IMG/VR virus record: IMGVR_UViG_3300024256_000012
Location: 1-51,973 of that record
DNA length: 51,973 bases
Origin: a virus
Taxonomy: Duplodnaviria > Caudoviricetes
Reading direction: 5' to 3' (one strand)
This document shows positions 17,947 through 26,805 of the stretch, piece after piece. The notes under the pieces were generated by a model that saw only the letters and a program-made list of their open reading frames with translations, searched no databases and had not been told where the DNA came from. The number at the start of each line of letters is the position of its first letter. Positions within the stretch are counted from its first letter, which is position 1. A program made the translations under genes and the position numbers.

Positions 17947-17969
17947 AGCTACTGTCTCAGGCCAACTCC
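17942..17969. repeat. 28-nt gene-junction direct repeat, copy 2
   Basis: Matches 17266-17293 with 2 mismatches. Confidence 0.85.
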
Positions 17970-18247
17970 AAAAAAGAATAGAGTGGATGAGGGTGAGTTA
18001 TTCGATTGGTACAATAGACATCGCACTCACCTTCGATTGAGATAGCTCGAAGGACTTTGGCACAGGTCGCATCGCTAGGATTATCCATCAGCATCTCGTC
18101 AGAATCATGGGCATAAATTTCCAGCTCATTCTCTAGGACTCCAGCATGCTCTTTCATAAACTCGAAAGCTGCCTTGACTGAATTAAAATCTCGATCATTG
18201 ACTGTACCGATTTTGTTAGCCGATCTTAAAGTTGTTTTCATTTTCAT
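17957..18247 (-). CDS. Hypothetical early protein
   Basis: GAAGGAG RBS preceded by TAGAACCTCA. Confidence 0.7.
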   Translation of the reverse strand: MKMKTTLRSANKIGTVNDRDFNSVKAAFEFMKEHAGVLENELEIYAHDSDEMLMDNPSDATCAKVLRAISIEGECDVYCTNRITHPHPLYSFLELA

Positions 18248-18265
18248 ACTCCTTCTGTTGAGGTT

Positions 18266-19090
18266 CTAGTTGATTGGTTCTATTATTGCGACAACTGTCT
18301 TGTCGTTGTCGTAAAAAGATATTGATTTGAATTCTTTGCAGAAAGCTCTAGCTGAAACCATTCGAGCTTTCCTCACGCTCTTGGCCATATCAAAAGACAA
18401 CTCCTCTTCGTCATACTCGTATCTGATCAGATAATCATAAGCCTTGGTGAAGCTAGAGAAGCGCAATATGCGTTTCGTATCTTTGGGAGATGTTAATTGG
18501 TAGTGGCTTCTGAAAGTTTCTCTCTTGGGGTTCTTTGTATAATCTCTCACCTTGACTTCTCTATTCACCACAACCTTGCTAGCAGTCCGAATCTCGCTGT
18601 GCTTGATTAGTCTCTTTGCGGACTTTTTAACAATCGCATAAAAGACAATCTGCTTTCTCCAAGAGTAGCACTTCTCAGCAGCGACAGGTTTGCCATCGCT
18701 AACTGTATCGATGACTTTGCCTTTATGAAGGACTATAAAGTGACCAGTCACGAGAAATACGATTGTCTCATCATACAAGTCGCTACCCTTATCAGCATTC
18801 TGAATAAACCAATCGGCCAATCTCATCTTGCCACGATTGCCATAAGCCTTGCGGGCATCTCGTTTCCATTCGCAGGTGTAGTTATGATACTCTAACATAA
18901 ATTTGACGTCACCAGCATACATCGAAGTCGGGGTCAATAATCCCTTCACATTCTTCTTGCGGCAATATGCACCTTTCTCAAGGGCAATCTGATTAAGTTC
19001 TTCAACAGCGATTCCAGTCACAGAAGATACGACAGTCAGCCCGCACCAAGTTTGCTGGTTTAAGCTGACGTTGTTCATTCCAATAGCCAT
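18266..19090 (-). CDS. Hypothetical protein with possible papain-like (C39-type) Cys-His-Asp domain
   Basis: QTWCGLTVVSSVTG...FLVTGHFIVLHKGKVID pattern. Confidence 0.5.
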   Translation of the reverse strand: MAIGMNNVSLNQQTWCGLTVVSSVTGIAVEELNQIALEKGAYCRKKNVKGLLTPTSMYAGDVKFMLEYHNYTCEWKRDARKAYGNRGKMRLADWFIQNADKGSDLYDETIVFLVTGHFIVLHKGKVIDTVSDGKPVAAEKCYSWRKQIVFYAIVKKSAKRLIKHSEIRTASKVVVNREVKVRDYTKNPKRETFRSHYQLTSPKDTKRILRFSSFTKAYDYLIRYEYDEEELSFDMAKSVRKARMVSARAFCKEFKSISFYDNDKTVVAIIEPIN

Positions 19091-19092
19091 AA

Positions 19093-19647
19093 TCAGCTCA
19101 TTCCTGCTTCGAGCTTTGTTAAGTATCTTTTGCGGGCTGCTTCGTTTGCGAGTCTCGCTGCCCTAGTTTCTCTTGCGCTCATCTCGTATAGAAAAAGGCT
19201 AGTTGTTACTTTGGCTGCCTTGCTAGAATCTAAAAAGCTTCTGACCTCAAAGCATCTGCCTCCTCTGGGTGATAACCCTCCCTGCCTGCCGATGATAGCG
19301 AAGATATGCTTGTTGAGATAGCCGTTGGTGCTTTCTATCGTATCGAGACTGAGCGAAACGCTGCCGTGCTCGTTGACGCTGATTCGGACTTCTTCGAGCT
19401 TAACGATTTTGCCGCTGTAGCTATAATAGCCTTTGGCCGTTTTGACGATCTGCCCGATGACTTTCTTTTGAGCTCTCGTGATAAAGCTTTCTGGCTTGTC
19501 GCTCGTTAAAATCTCGATGGCTCTCTTGTAGGTATTAATCCTGCGAGTTGCCGCTGGGCTCGTTGAATATTTCTTCGAGAAGCTTATTTGCTCCTTGTAG
19601 AATTTTATCGAGTCTCTTTTGCGCTGGGCGTCTGTTCTAGTTTTCAT
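19093..19647 (-). CDS. Basic hypothetical early protein
   Basis: 184 aa; tandem AGAACCTTA motifs and an AAGGA RBS upstream. Confidence 0.7.
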   Translation of the reverse strand: MKTRTDAQRKRDSIKFYKEQISFSKKYSTSPAATRRINTYKRAIEILTSDKPESFITRAQKKVIGQIVKTAKGYYSYSGKIVKLEEVRISVNEHGSVSLSLDTIESTNGYLNKHIFAIIGRQGGLSPRGGRCFEVRSFLDSSKAAKVTTSLFLYEMSARETRAARLANEAARKRYLTKLEAGMS

Positions 19648-19684
19648 TTTTTCGTATTCCTTTTTTAAGGTTCTAAGGTTCTGA

Positions 19685-20206
19685 CTATTTTACTACGTTA
19701 AAATAATCTGCGTAAATATTTTCTTCTCTCGTATAGGTTAGCTGGTCTGGATGGTTCGCTGCTATCCTTCTTAAATTATCGGCTGGGTTGCGGCCTGGAA
19801 ATTTATAGTTGTAAAATCTTCTTAGGTCGGTAATGATACCGCTGGCTGCTGCTCCTAATTCGGGGTGGCGAGAATAGCTAATATGGTCGGTGATAATTTT
19901 CTTAATCGTTTCGAGTAGTTTCTGATCGTAGTAAATTGTCCTGCCTGAAAATTCGGTTATCGAATATTGGCTGGGCTGGGCTGGACGAAAATAAGAAAAA
20001 GCTTCTTCTAATTTTCTTCGGCTTTCCCTTTCCTTTTTCGCTAGCTCGTTTCTGTACGCTGGAGAAGTTTTAAAAAGTCGCTGGTGTTCGGCTTCTGCTT
20101 TTTCTTCTTCTTCTCTTCGGTAGTATCTTTTGATATTCTCTTTTTTGTCGGCTGCAATCTTTTCGTCTAATTCGGCTAATAAACTTTTTCTTTTTGCTGC
20201 GTCCAT
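19685..20206 (-). CDS. Hypothetical early protein with N-terminal charged helix
   Basis: 173 aa; TAGAACCTTAG plus an AAGGA RBS upstream. Confidence 0.7.
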   Translation of the reverse strand: MDAAKRKSLLAELDEKIAADKKENIKRYYRREEEEKAEAEHQRLFKTSPAYRNELAKKERESRRKLEEAFSYFRPAQPSQYSITEFSGRTIYYDQKLLETIKKIITDHISYSRHPELGAAASGIITDLRRFYNYKFPGRNPADNLRRIAANHPDQLTYTREENIYADYFNVVK

Positions 20207-20234
20207 GATAAATTCCTTTTCTAAGGTTCTAGGG

Positions 20235-20339
20235 TTAGTTGGCGATTATTTGAATTATCGAAGCGACTATAATGTTGGTCGCTACTGTTATTGCTAGAAA
20301 TTTCTCGAATTTCGCTAGTCTGTTTGCTAATGGATTCAT
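20235..20339 (-). CDS. Small hydrophobic peptide, 34 aa, not in ORF track
   Basis: MNPLANRLAKFEKFLAITVATNIIVASIIQIIAN*; AAAGGAG RBS and TAGAACCTTA motif; an in-frame upstream ATG exists at 20396. Confidence 0.55.
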   Translation of the reverse strand: MNPLANRLAKFEKFLAITVATNIIVASIIQIIAN

Positions 20340-20399
20340 TCTGTACTCCTTTGGTAAGGTTCTAGTGTTTTGGTCGGTATTTTTAGTTGGCTTCATTTT

Positions 20400-20420
20400 C
20401 TTATCGCCTTCGGCGATAAG
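20400..20420 (-). promoter_or_regulatory. Perfect 9-bp hairpin with GAA triloop at the head of the early gene run
   Basis: CTTATCGCC-GAA-GGCGATAAG. Confidence 0.6.
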
Positions 20421-20465
20421 ATATGGATAAATAGCAAACTTCCTATACTGAAACCCAATATTTTT

Positions 20466-20936
20466 TTACTTTTTGGCAAGTTTTATTTTTCGCTCTAAGT
20501 CCTTTATTTGCTGAAGGTTAGAAGGGAAAAGGTGGTGAGGTGGTGGAAACTTTTTTATTGAAAATTCGCTTTTTAAGGTATTAATATATATACAATCTAT
20601 GAGGCGATGTGGCACCCACGCTATGTCGTTTGTGGGTCGAATAAGGATAACAACGCAGGTGTTCCAGCTACCTTTCTGCATCGCTGTTAGCTTCGCTTTT
20701 TGTATCGGTGTTAAGTCCTTGAGGAGATTGACTGGCGTTGTATCTCGCTTTGGTAGGTCGATTGCTTTGGCTTCAATTCCCCACGGGTGGCCCTCTATTG
20801 CCCCGATGATATCAGGTCGGCCATTCGTGTAGATGTTACTATGGAATTTGAAAAACTCGCACTCAACAAAATCGTATATGAGTGGGAAGTCGTTAAAAAG
20901 TTTTACAAGCCGACTACTGAATTGCGTTTCCTTCAT
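20466..20936 (-). CDS. PD-(D/E)XK nuclease (VRR-NUC/Holliday junction resolvase-like)
   Basis: MKETQF...GRPDIIG...WGIEAK...LTPIQ. Confidence 0.85.
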   Translation of the reverse strand: MKETQFSSRLVKLFNDFPLIYDFVECEFFKFHSNIYTNGRPDIIGAIEGHPWGIEAKAIDLPKRDTTPVNLLKDLTPIQKAKLTAMQKGSWNTCVVILIRPTNDIAWVPHRLIDCIYINTLKSEFSIKKFPPPHHLFPSNLQQIKDLERKIKLAKK

Positions 20937-21204
20937 ATGGGACTCCTATCTTGGCAATGATTCCAAGTTCAATTCGATCTAGCTCAAGTACAAAATGATC
21001 AGTTGACATCTTCTCCATCGCAGCCCGCATCATGTAATGTACCGATGATACTCTGGCTTGGGACTTCTCATCCAGATCACTAATGTCTGGATTGTTAAAA
21101 TTCAGCTTTCTCATCTTCTTCGTTTCTGGCGACTCGATAATGAGGACATCATATGGTCCATCGTTCTCCAGCCGACAATTACACTTGTAATATTTTGGTG
21201 CCAT
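20914..21204 (-). CDS. Hypothetical protein
   Basis: 96 aa with an AGGAG/GAAGG RBS. Confidence 0.6.
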   Translation of the reverse strand: MAPKYYKCNCRLENDGPYDVLIIESPETKKMRKLNFNNPDISDLDEKSQARVSSVHYMMRAAMEKMSTDHFVLELDRIELGIIAKIGVPYEGNAIQ

Positions 21205-21221
21205 CCTTCTCTCCTAGAAAT

Positions 21222-21254
21222 GAAAAAGGGCACAGCCATTACAGCTATGCCCTT
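21222..21254 (-). terminator. Intrinsic terminator after the H1-like gene
   Basis: AAAGGGCATAGC...GCTGTGCCCTTTTT on the minus strand. Confidence 0.65.
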
Positions 21255-21271
21255 TGGGGGTTGGTCAAACT

Positions 21272-21697
21272 CTAGTCAGCGATGAATCTGTAAACAGAAT
21301 CGCCAGCCTTGTTCTTGGAGCGGTCAACTTTGCCAGCGTCAATTCGGTTGATAACACTGATGGTAGTTCCCACTGTAGAATCGGAGTAATTTTTCTGACC
21401 TACTTCAGCATCCAGCTTTTCCCGAATCTGAGCCAGAGTGGCTCCATTCTTGCGAGCAATCAATTGGCGGATGATATCACGAACACCCTTGTTCTGAGCG
21501 TGCATGGGTTTGCCAGTGATAGTCTTTGGACCATTAACAACTTTTTTGGCCTTGGCCTTGGCTGGAGCTTTCTTGGTTGCCTTTGCTTTCGCTGGGGCTG
21601 CCTTTTTAGCTACTACCTTTTTGGGGGCTGCGGCTTTGGTTGTAACTTTTTTTGCTGCGGCTGGTTTGCTGACTTTTTTGATAACTTTCTTTGCCAT
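21272..21697 (-). CDS. Histone H1-like K/A/P-rich protein with C-terminal winged helix (DUF3489-like)
   Basis: About 55 aa of KKAAPAKAK-type repeats, then RQLIARKNGATLAQI...STVGTTIS...GDSVYRF. Confidence 0.75.
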   Translation of the reverse strand: MAKKVIKKVSKPAAAKKVTTKAAAPKKVVAKKAAPAKAKATKKAPAKAKAKKVVNGPKTITGKPMHAQNKGVRDIIRQLIARKNGATLAQIREKLDAEVGQKNYSDSTVGTTISVINRIDAGKVDRSKNKAGDSVYRFIAD

Positions 21698-21946
21698 GGT
21701 GAATCTCCTTCGGCTTTTGAGCCTTTTGTGTACGTTTGTATATGGTTTATTTATCGAAAATTATTTTGGGTCGTTGTCAAAGAGCAGTTGTCTCTCGCAC
21801 CTCATCGGCACCACAGAATATAGTAGAAGAGATACAGAAGAACCTACAAAATACTAAAAATATCTCACTTTCACCCAGCCTAAGTTCACTATTCATAATT
21901 GTCTATGCCTCTAAACTTTTCGGTTGTTGGTGTGCTAAAAACATCG

Positions 21947-24900
21947 TTATTCAGCAACCTTTCCCTTCTTCAGTACCTTCAACTTGCTTATATCAATCTT
22001 GTTAAATCCAGGCACCTTCCTTCCCTGAAAGACTATCACCGACCCAACACCCGACTCTTCAAATATGAGCTTCTTGAACTTCCCAAATTTGTATCTATTA
22101 ATTCCAGCGAGTATCTGCCCTGTATCATCCTCCATCTGCATGATAAGAAACTCGTGTAAATCAGGTCGCTTGATCTTGGTCAAATCCTTCTGTGCGGTGA
22201 TACCAGCCTCAAATACATCTCGCAAATTCAGTCGGGTTATCTTCGCCAATATGATTACTTCTTCGGTGCGCTCTGTTACATCTTTGATTAGAGTCCACTT
22301 GCCCTCATATTTGTCGTACCAGTCTTGGAATCCTTCACCAATAGGATACAAGTCAGCCCACGGCAATAGGTCGGTGATAATGTCCATCCCCTTTGGGTTG
22401 CCAATCTCTTTGAACGTATCAATTATGGCTCCAGTAATCCCATCAAACAAGTCGGTCTGATTGATGTCACCCTTCGCTATTAATCCCTCAGGCAACTTAC
22501 CTAGCAAATGCAGGCTCTCTAACCCTCTTTTACCAAGAGCTTTCCTGAAGTCCTTGCTATTGCTCCATGGGCGTGTTGCGACAATTTTATCGGCTGCTTT
22601 CTCGCCAATTCCTTTCACGTTCTGAAAGCCACCATATATGATACCTTCTTTGAGGGTAAAATTCTGTTCGGACTTCTCCAAATCCAACGGCTCGAACTTC
22701 CCACCACGATCAACCCACTCTCGCAATAGCTTCTTGATAATGTCATCATCGTTCTCCTTGCGAATAGTGGAGATGTAAAACTCAGCTGGGTAGTGGGTTT
22801 TGAGATAGGCTGTCCAGTATGATAAAAGCCCATAGGAAACTGAGTGAGATTTATTGAATGCCCAAGAGCCGAATGTACAGACGTTCTCCCAAATGATTTG
22901 AGCTATCTCTTTGGTGACTCCATTCTTCCCAGCACCCTCAATGAACTTGCTTTCGTATGTCCGAAAATATTCAACACCCAAGCTCTTGCTCATAATTTTT
23001 CTCAGAGCAGTAGCATCCTCCCAGTTCATCCCACCTAGCTCTTTTACAATCGTGAGAACTTGCTCTTGATAGACTACAATTCCATAAGTCTCTCCAGCTA
23101 GAGTTTCGAGCATCGGGTGAATATATTGAACCTTCTTTTTTGTCGGTATGTCAAAGCCCATCTCGTGAGCTCTGTAATTGATATAACGAGTCGTGCCACC
23201 ACAGTGTAGTGACCCAGGTCGTGCCAGTGCGCTTATCTCTGCTATGTTAGTAAATTTGTCAGGCTGTACTTGTTTGTTGACCATCCTAACAGCGTCACCT
23301 TCAAATTGGAAAATTCCCCAGAGCTTATTTGTGCGAAAGGTCTCAAATGTTTTCGTATCTTCCAGAGGCAAATTATACAGCCAATCATAATCCTTCTCGA
23401 TCAGCAAAAGGATATTCTCTAGAATGGTAAGTTGCTTCAGTCCAAGCAGGTCAATCTTCAGCAAGCCGACTGCTTCAGAATCCTTCTTGTCCATACTGAT
23501 GATTCGTTCTCCTTTCGTGCCCCTAACAAGCCCACCTAGCTTGTCTATGGGCTGATCTGATACTACGAGCCCAGCGGCATGAATCCCGTGCTGTTTGATC
23601 TGTCCTTCGATCTTGGCTGCTTCCTTGAATAAAGGATATTGTTTCACAATCGCTTTGCTTCTCTCGAACTGGTCAAAGGTATCAGTCAAACAAAAGCTGG
23701 CACGAGCATCAGCTGAACTCCTTTCGACTATCAAATTGACAAGCTCTTGAGCTTCCCTGAATGGTAGGTCGTATGCCCTTCTTGTATCCCACAAAGCTAC
23801 CTTCGGTTTGAAGTATCCAATCGTGCCTAGCTGGCTTGTATACTCCTCCCCATATTTGTCAATCAAATACTCGATAACCATATGACGCTTTTCATCTGGG
23901 AAGTCTAGATCAATATCAGGTGGATCATTTCGAGTGATGTCAATAAATCTCTCGAAAATTAAGCCGTGAGGAATTGGATCAACTTCAGTTATCCTGAGGA
24001 CATAAGCGACTATGGAACCAGCTACACTTCCACGAGCTGGCCCAAGCAACATCCTCTTCTTAGCCCACACGCAAAGGTCTTGGATGACTAGGAAGTAGTC
24101 AATGTAATTTTTCTCGTTGATGAGCTTGACTTCCTTCGCAAGTCGTTTCTCGTACACTGGCCAGTCCTTGAGCTTTTTTAACCCTCTGAACTTTACTCCA
24201 GTGGTGATCTGATACAGGAAAAATTCCTCTTTGTTTTTCCATAGAGCATTCTTCTCCAGTGGGAAAGTTTTCTGCCCTGATATAACTCGCTTATCTGAAC
24301 ACTTGTCGTCAATCTCAAGGGTGTTCTCGAAAGGAGAGTGATCAGGGTAAACAAGGGCAGACCTTTCCTCAGCTTCAGCTCCATCGAAGAGATACAATTC
24401 AGGCATCAGTTTTAATCGGTTGGGGTCATCGAAGTTTGACTTGGTTCCTATGCATACAATCAAGTCCTCTGCTGTATGATCGTGGGGGCTGGGGAAGTGC
24501 GAGTCAGAAGTTGAGACTGGCTTGATATTATATTCATCTGCAAGCTCAAGTATCTGAGTCACCTCCCCAGCAAACTTTTCGATTGGGCTGACTTCTATAT
24601 AAAAGTCATCTTTGAATGCCTTCTTAAAACTCTTCAGATATTTGTCCCTGTATTGAGTTTTGCTAAGGTTATTAATTAAGACTCCAGCACCCATACATCC
24701 CGACAAAACGATCAACCCTTCGTTATGAGCCAGCAGAGTTTTGAAGTCGATTCTTGGCTTGTAATAGAATCCCTCAAAATTGCTAAAGGTTATCAGCTTG
24801 TGTAGGTTCTCTTGCCCAGTCTCATTCTTAGCCATAACTGTTATATGATAACGATGCCTGTCATGCCTATCCATAGCATCATCGACAATATAAAACTCAC

Positions 24901-25102
24901 AGCCGTAAATTATCTTGGTGCCGTTGTTTCGCTTCTTCGCTTCTCGCCAGAATGGAACATGAGCCCAGATATTGCCATGGTCAGTTATAGCTAGCGACTT
25001 GTGCCCAATCTCCTCTAGCCTATCAAGGTATTGAGCTGGCAATCCATACCCATCTAGGAAACTGTACCCAGTATGAGTATGGAGGTGTATGAAATCTAAC
25101 AT
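21947..25102 (-). CDS. dnaE: DNA polymerase III alpha subunit (family C)
   Basis: PHP motifs HLHTHTGYSFLDG, AITDHG and SDSHF; GPARGSVAGS, FERF, catalytic PDIDLD, HAAG, KIDLLGL, YQEQ and FNKSH; C-terminal OB-like MEDDTG. Confidence 0.97.
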   Translation of the reverse strand: MLDFIHLHTHTGYSFLDGYGLPAQYLDRLEEIGHKSLAITDHGNIWAHVPFWREAKKRNNGTKIIYGCEFYIVDDAMDRHDRHRYHITVMAKNETGQENLHKLITFSNFEGFYYKPRIDFKTLLAHNEGLIVLSGCMGAGVLINNLSKTQYRDKYLKSFKKAFKDDFYIEVSPIEKFAGEVTQILELADEYNIKPVSTSDSHFPSPHDHTAEDLIVCIGTKSNFDDPNRLKLMPELYLFDGAEAEERSALVYPDHSPFENTLEIDDKCSDKRVISGQKTFPLEKNALWKNKEEFFLYQITTGVKFRGLKKLKDWPVYEKRLAKEVKLINEKNYIDYFLVIQDLCVWAKKRMLLGPARGSVAGSIVAYVLRITEVDPIPHGLIFERFIDITRNDPPDIDLDFPDEKRHMVIEYLIDKYGEEYTSQLGTIGYFKPKVALWDTRRAYDLPFREAQELVNLIVERSSADARASFCLTDTFDQFERSKAIVKQYPLFKEAAKIEGQIKQHGIHAAGLVVSDQPIDKLGGLVRGTKGERIISMDKKDSEAVGLLKIDLLGLKQLTILENILLLIEKDYDWLYNLPLEDTKTFETFRTNKLWGIFQFEGDAVRMVNKQVQPDKFTNIAEISALARPGSLHCGGTTRYINYRAHEMGFDIPTKKKVQYIHPMLETLAGETYGIVVYQEQVLTIVKELGGMNWEDATALRKIMSKSLGVEYFRTYESKFIEGAGKNGVTKEIAQIIWENVCTFGSWAFNKSHSVSYGLLSYWTAYLKTHYPAEFYISTIRKENDDDIIKKLLREWVDRGGKFEPLDLEKSEQNFTLKEGIIYGGFQNVKGIGEKAADKIVATRPWSNSKDFRKALGKRGLESLHLLGKLPEGLIAKGDINQTDLFDGITGAIIDTFKEIGNPKGMDIITDLLPWADLYPIGEGFQDWYDKYEGKWTLIKDVTERTEEVIILAKITRLNLRDVFEAGITAQKDLTKIKRPDLHEFLIMQMEDDTGQILAGINRYKFGKFKKLIFEESGVGSVIVFQGRKVPGFNKIDISKLKVLKKGKVAE

Positions 25103-25647
25103 ATGGGGTTGTTCCTTTTTACCAGCTGAATTAAAACTGCGAGATTGCGCTCAGCGACTCCGATAATGATGCTGATGTTTACCTTTAAGCCCCCAGTGTC
25201 ATGCTTCTTGTAATAATCATTCTCAAGTAGATTCTTAAAAGTGGTTTCAGTAAATGTATGTTTGTGGTCTAAATCTTGGTGCGCCATATTCGATTTGTAG
25301 TATGGAACTGTTATGTTAATAACTCCATCAGATTTTAAAACTCTAGACATATCAGCGATAAGTGGAATCACATTTTGGATATGCTCTAGGAAATGGTGGC
25401 AATTGATAACGTCTACAGAGTTGGCCTTGAAAGGAATAGGATTTGATTCAGCATCCCATGATGGCCAATCTAACACCCTGTTATTTTCTAAGACCTTCAT
25501 CATGCCAGCTCCCAGATTTAAGATAACAGCGTCATCACCGACATCCCACTCAGGCTTATAATAAACAGAATTGATATCACGATCCATCCCGACTTTGAAA
25601 AACTCTCGAAGAGTTTTGGGGAAAGCCCCAAAATATTTCTTTGTCAT
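25096..25647 (-). CDS. Class I SAM-dependent methyltransferase-like protein (Methyltransf_11 type)
   Basis: Motif I VILNLGAG; IPFKANSVDVINCHHFLEHI; RVLKSDGVINITVP. No DPPY or PC DNA-methyltransferase motif. Confidence 0.8.
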   Translation of the reverse strand: MTKKYFGAFPKTLREFFKVGMDRDINSVYYKPEWDVGDDAVILNLGAGMMKVLENNRVLDWPSWDAESNPIPFKANSVDVINCHHFLEHIQNVIPLIADMSRVLKSDGVINITVPYYKSNMAHQDLDHKHTFTETTFKNLLENDYYKKHDTGGLKVNISIIIGVAERNLAVLIQLVKRNNPIC

Positions 25648-26462
25648 TTCTTATCTCCATCGGTGCTAAAGTGTTCAGACTTAAAGACTCGATCACCAGC
25701 CCACTCGAACTCGCATTGCTCTTCTGTCTCCTCAAATCCTTGGAACATACACTTGTGAGTTTTCTCGCAACTGATCTTTATGTACGGCTCCATCCAAGGC
25801 CATAGAATTAAAACTTCACTTGCCATTCGCTGCATTACTTCGACCATCTCCCACTGGAACATCGGGCAAGCTCGATAAGCGAAAGTGTCCAAGAAAACTT
25901 TGATTGGATATTCAGCCACAATATAAGTCTCTATGCCAACAGGAACAGCAAACCTTGCGTCTTGGTATGGGATGCCCAGTTCGCACAGCTTCTCGTATGT
26001 TTTACGAGCTTGAAACACAAGGTTATTAAAAATCTGATGAGCATCCCTATCGTTCCAGATTGTTTTAGGTTCTCGAACATTAAACTTGGCACCCATAAAA
26101 GTGTAGCGAGAAGATTGCTGGTGGAAGGCTGCTTTGCGAGTCCTTACCATCTGGTGAGTAAAAGCCCGACTGACTCCGCTTATCTCGAAGGTGAACACGC
26201 CAGCTTCCAATCCTGTCTGGAGTCCTCCTTTGAATAACTCTTCGCCAACCTCTGGTGGAATGTCTTCATTAATATCTCCACCCACAGTAGCTCCAACCAT
26301 CTTTGATAAAGCTCTTTTGAATCTCTTCTCATCTGGGTAGTCGATAAGCTTGACTTGGATACCATCGGTGCCAGCGTGAACTTCTCCTTTGTTTAAAGGA
26401 CTGATCGCATTCATGCCGTGCTCGTGAGAATTGAACGCAGTTTTCTTATTCTTGTTAAGCAT
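25644..26462 (-). CDS. thyX: Flavin-dependent thymidylate synthase homolog (ThyX family, divergent motif)
   Basis: FTFEISGVSRAFTHQMVRTR...QQSSRY, GIPYQDARFAVP and FQWEM. The canonical RHR reads RTR. Confidence 0.85.
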   Translation of the reverse strand: MLNKNKKTAFNSHEHGMNAISPLNKGEVHAGTDGIQVKLIDYPDEKRFKRALSKMVGATVGGDINEDIPPEVGEELFKGGLQTGLEAGVFTFEISGVSRAFTHQMVRTRKAAFHQQSSRYTFMGAKFNVREPKTIWNDRDAHQIFNNLVFQARKTYEKLCELGIPYQDARFAVPVGIETYIVAEYPIKVFLDTFAYRACPMFQWEMVEVMQRMASEVLILWPWMEPYIKISCEKTHKCMFQGFEETEEQCEFEWAGDRVFKSEHFSTDGDKK

Positions 26463-26805
26463 CTTGGCTTTCCTTTTCCATCTTCTCGATATTGAGAATT
26501 GTTAGTATTGAATAGTTTGCTAGGTCGATCAAGTTTTGTTTTACGTTCTCCAAATCCCTTTCTCTGGACTTGGGAGTTTTGCCTAGCATGAAATGATTAA
26601 GCTGGCGCACGTGACCTGATTTGAATAATCCTTTAACACGCAACCACTTCCTTTTGATATCATAATAGCTTCCAACCAGATCATCTTCCAAAAAGGAATT
26701 ACCATACTGGACATTCTTAACTGTAAAGACTCGAAGCATCTGCTGAGTTATCTCTTCAAATCTATTTTGTATTTCAATTTGGCTCATTCTATTCTCCATT
26801 GTCAT
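26455..26805 (-). CDS. DUF1599 / nucleotide-modification-associated domain 1 (all-alpha NTP-PPase-like)
   Basis: KNVQYGNSF...DIKRKWLR...LIDLANYSIL signature. Confidence 0.75.
   Translation of the reverse strand: MTMENRMSQIEIQNRFEEITQQMLRVFTVKNVQYGNSFLEDDLVGSYYDIKRKWLRVKGLFKSGHVRQLNHFMLGKTPKSRERDLENVKQNLIDLANYSILTILNIEKMEKESQDA

Larger units (their letters stand above)
17887..20365 (-). promoter_or_regulatory. Repeated early-gene motif (C)TAGAACCT(T/C)A, six copies just upstream of Shine-Dalgarno sites
   Basis: Copies at 17887-17897, 18259-18269, 19666-19683 (two in tandem), 20222-20232 and 20355-20365. Confidence 0.75.

Noticed and set aside
17887-20365. CRISPR-like or attC/integron array
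   Set aside because: The repeats are only ~10 nt, non-palindromic and separated by whole genes, and no cas or integrase gene is present.
25096-25647. DNA adenine or cytosine methyltransferase
   Set aside because: It lacks DPPY/NPPY and PC/ENV motifs and is too short; it resembles small-molecule class I methyltransferases.
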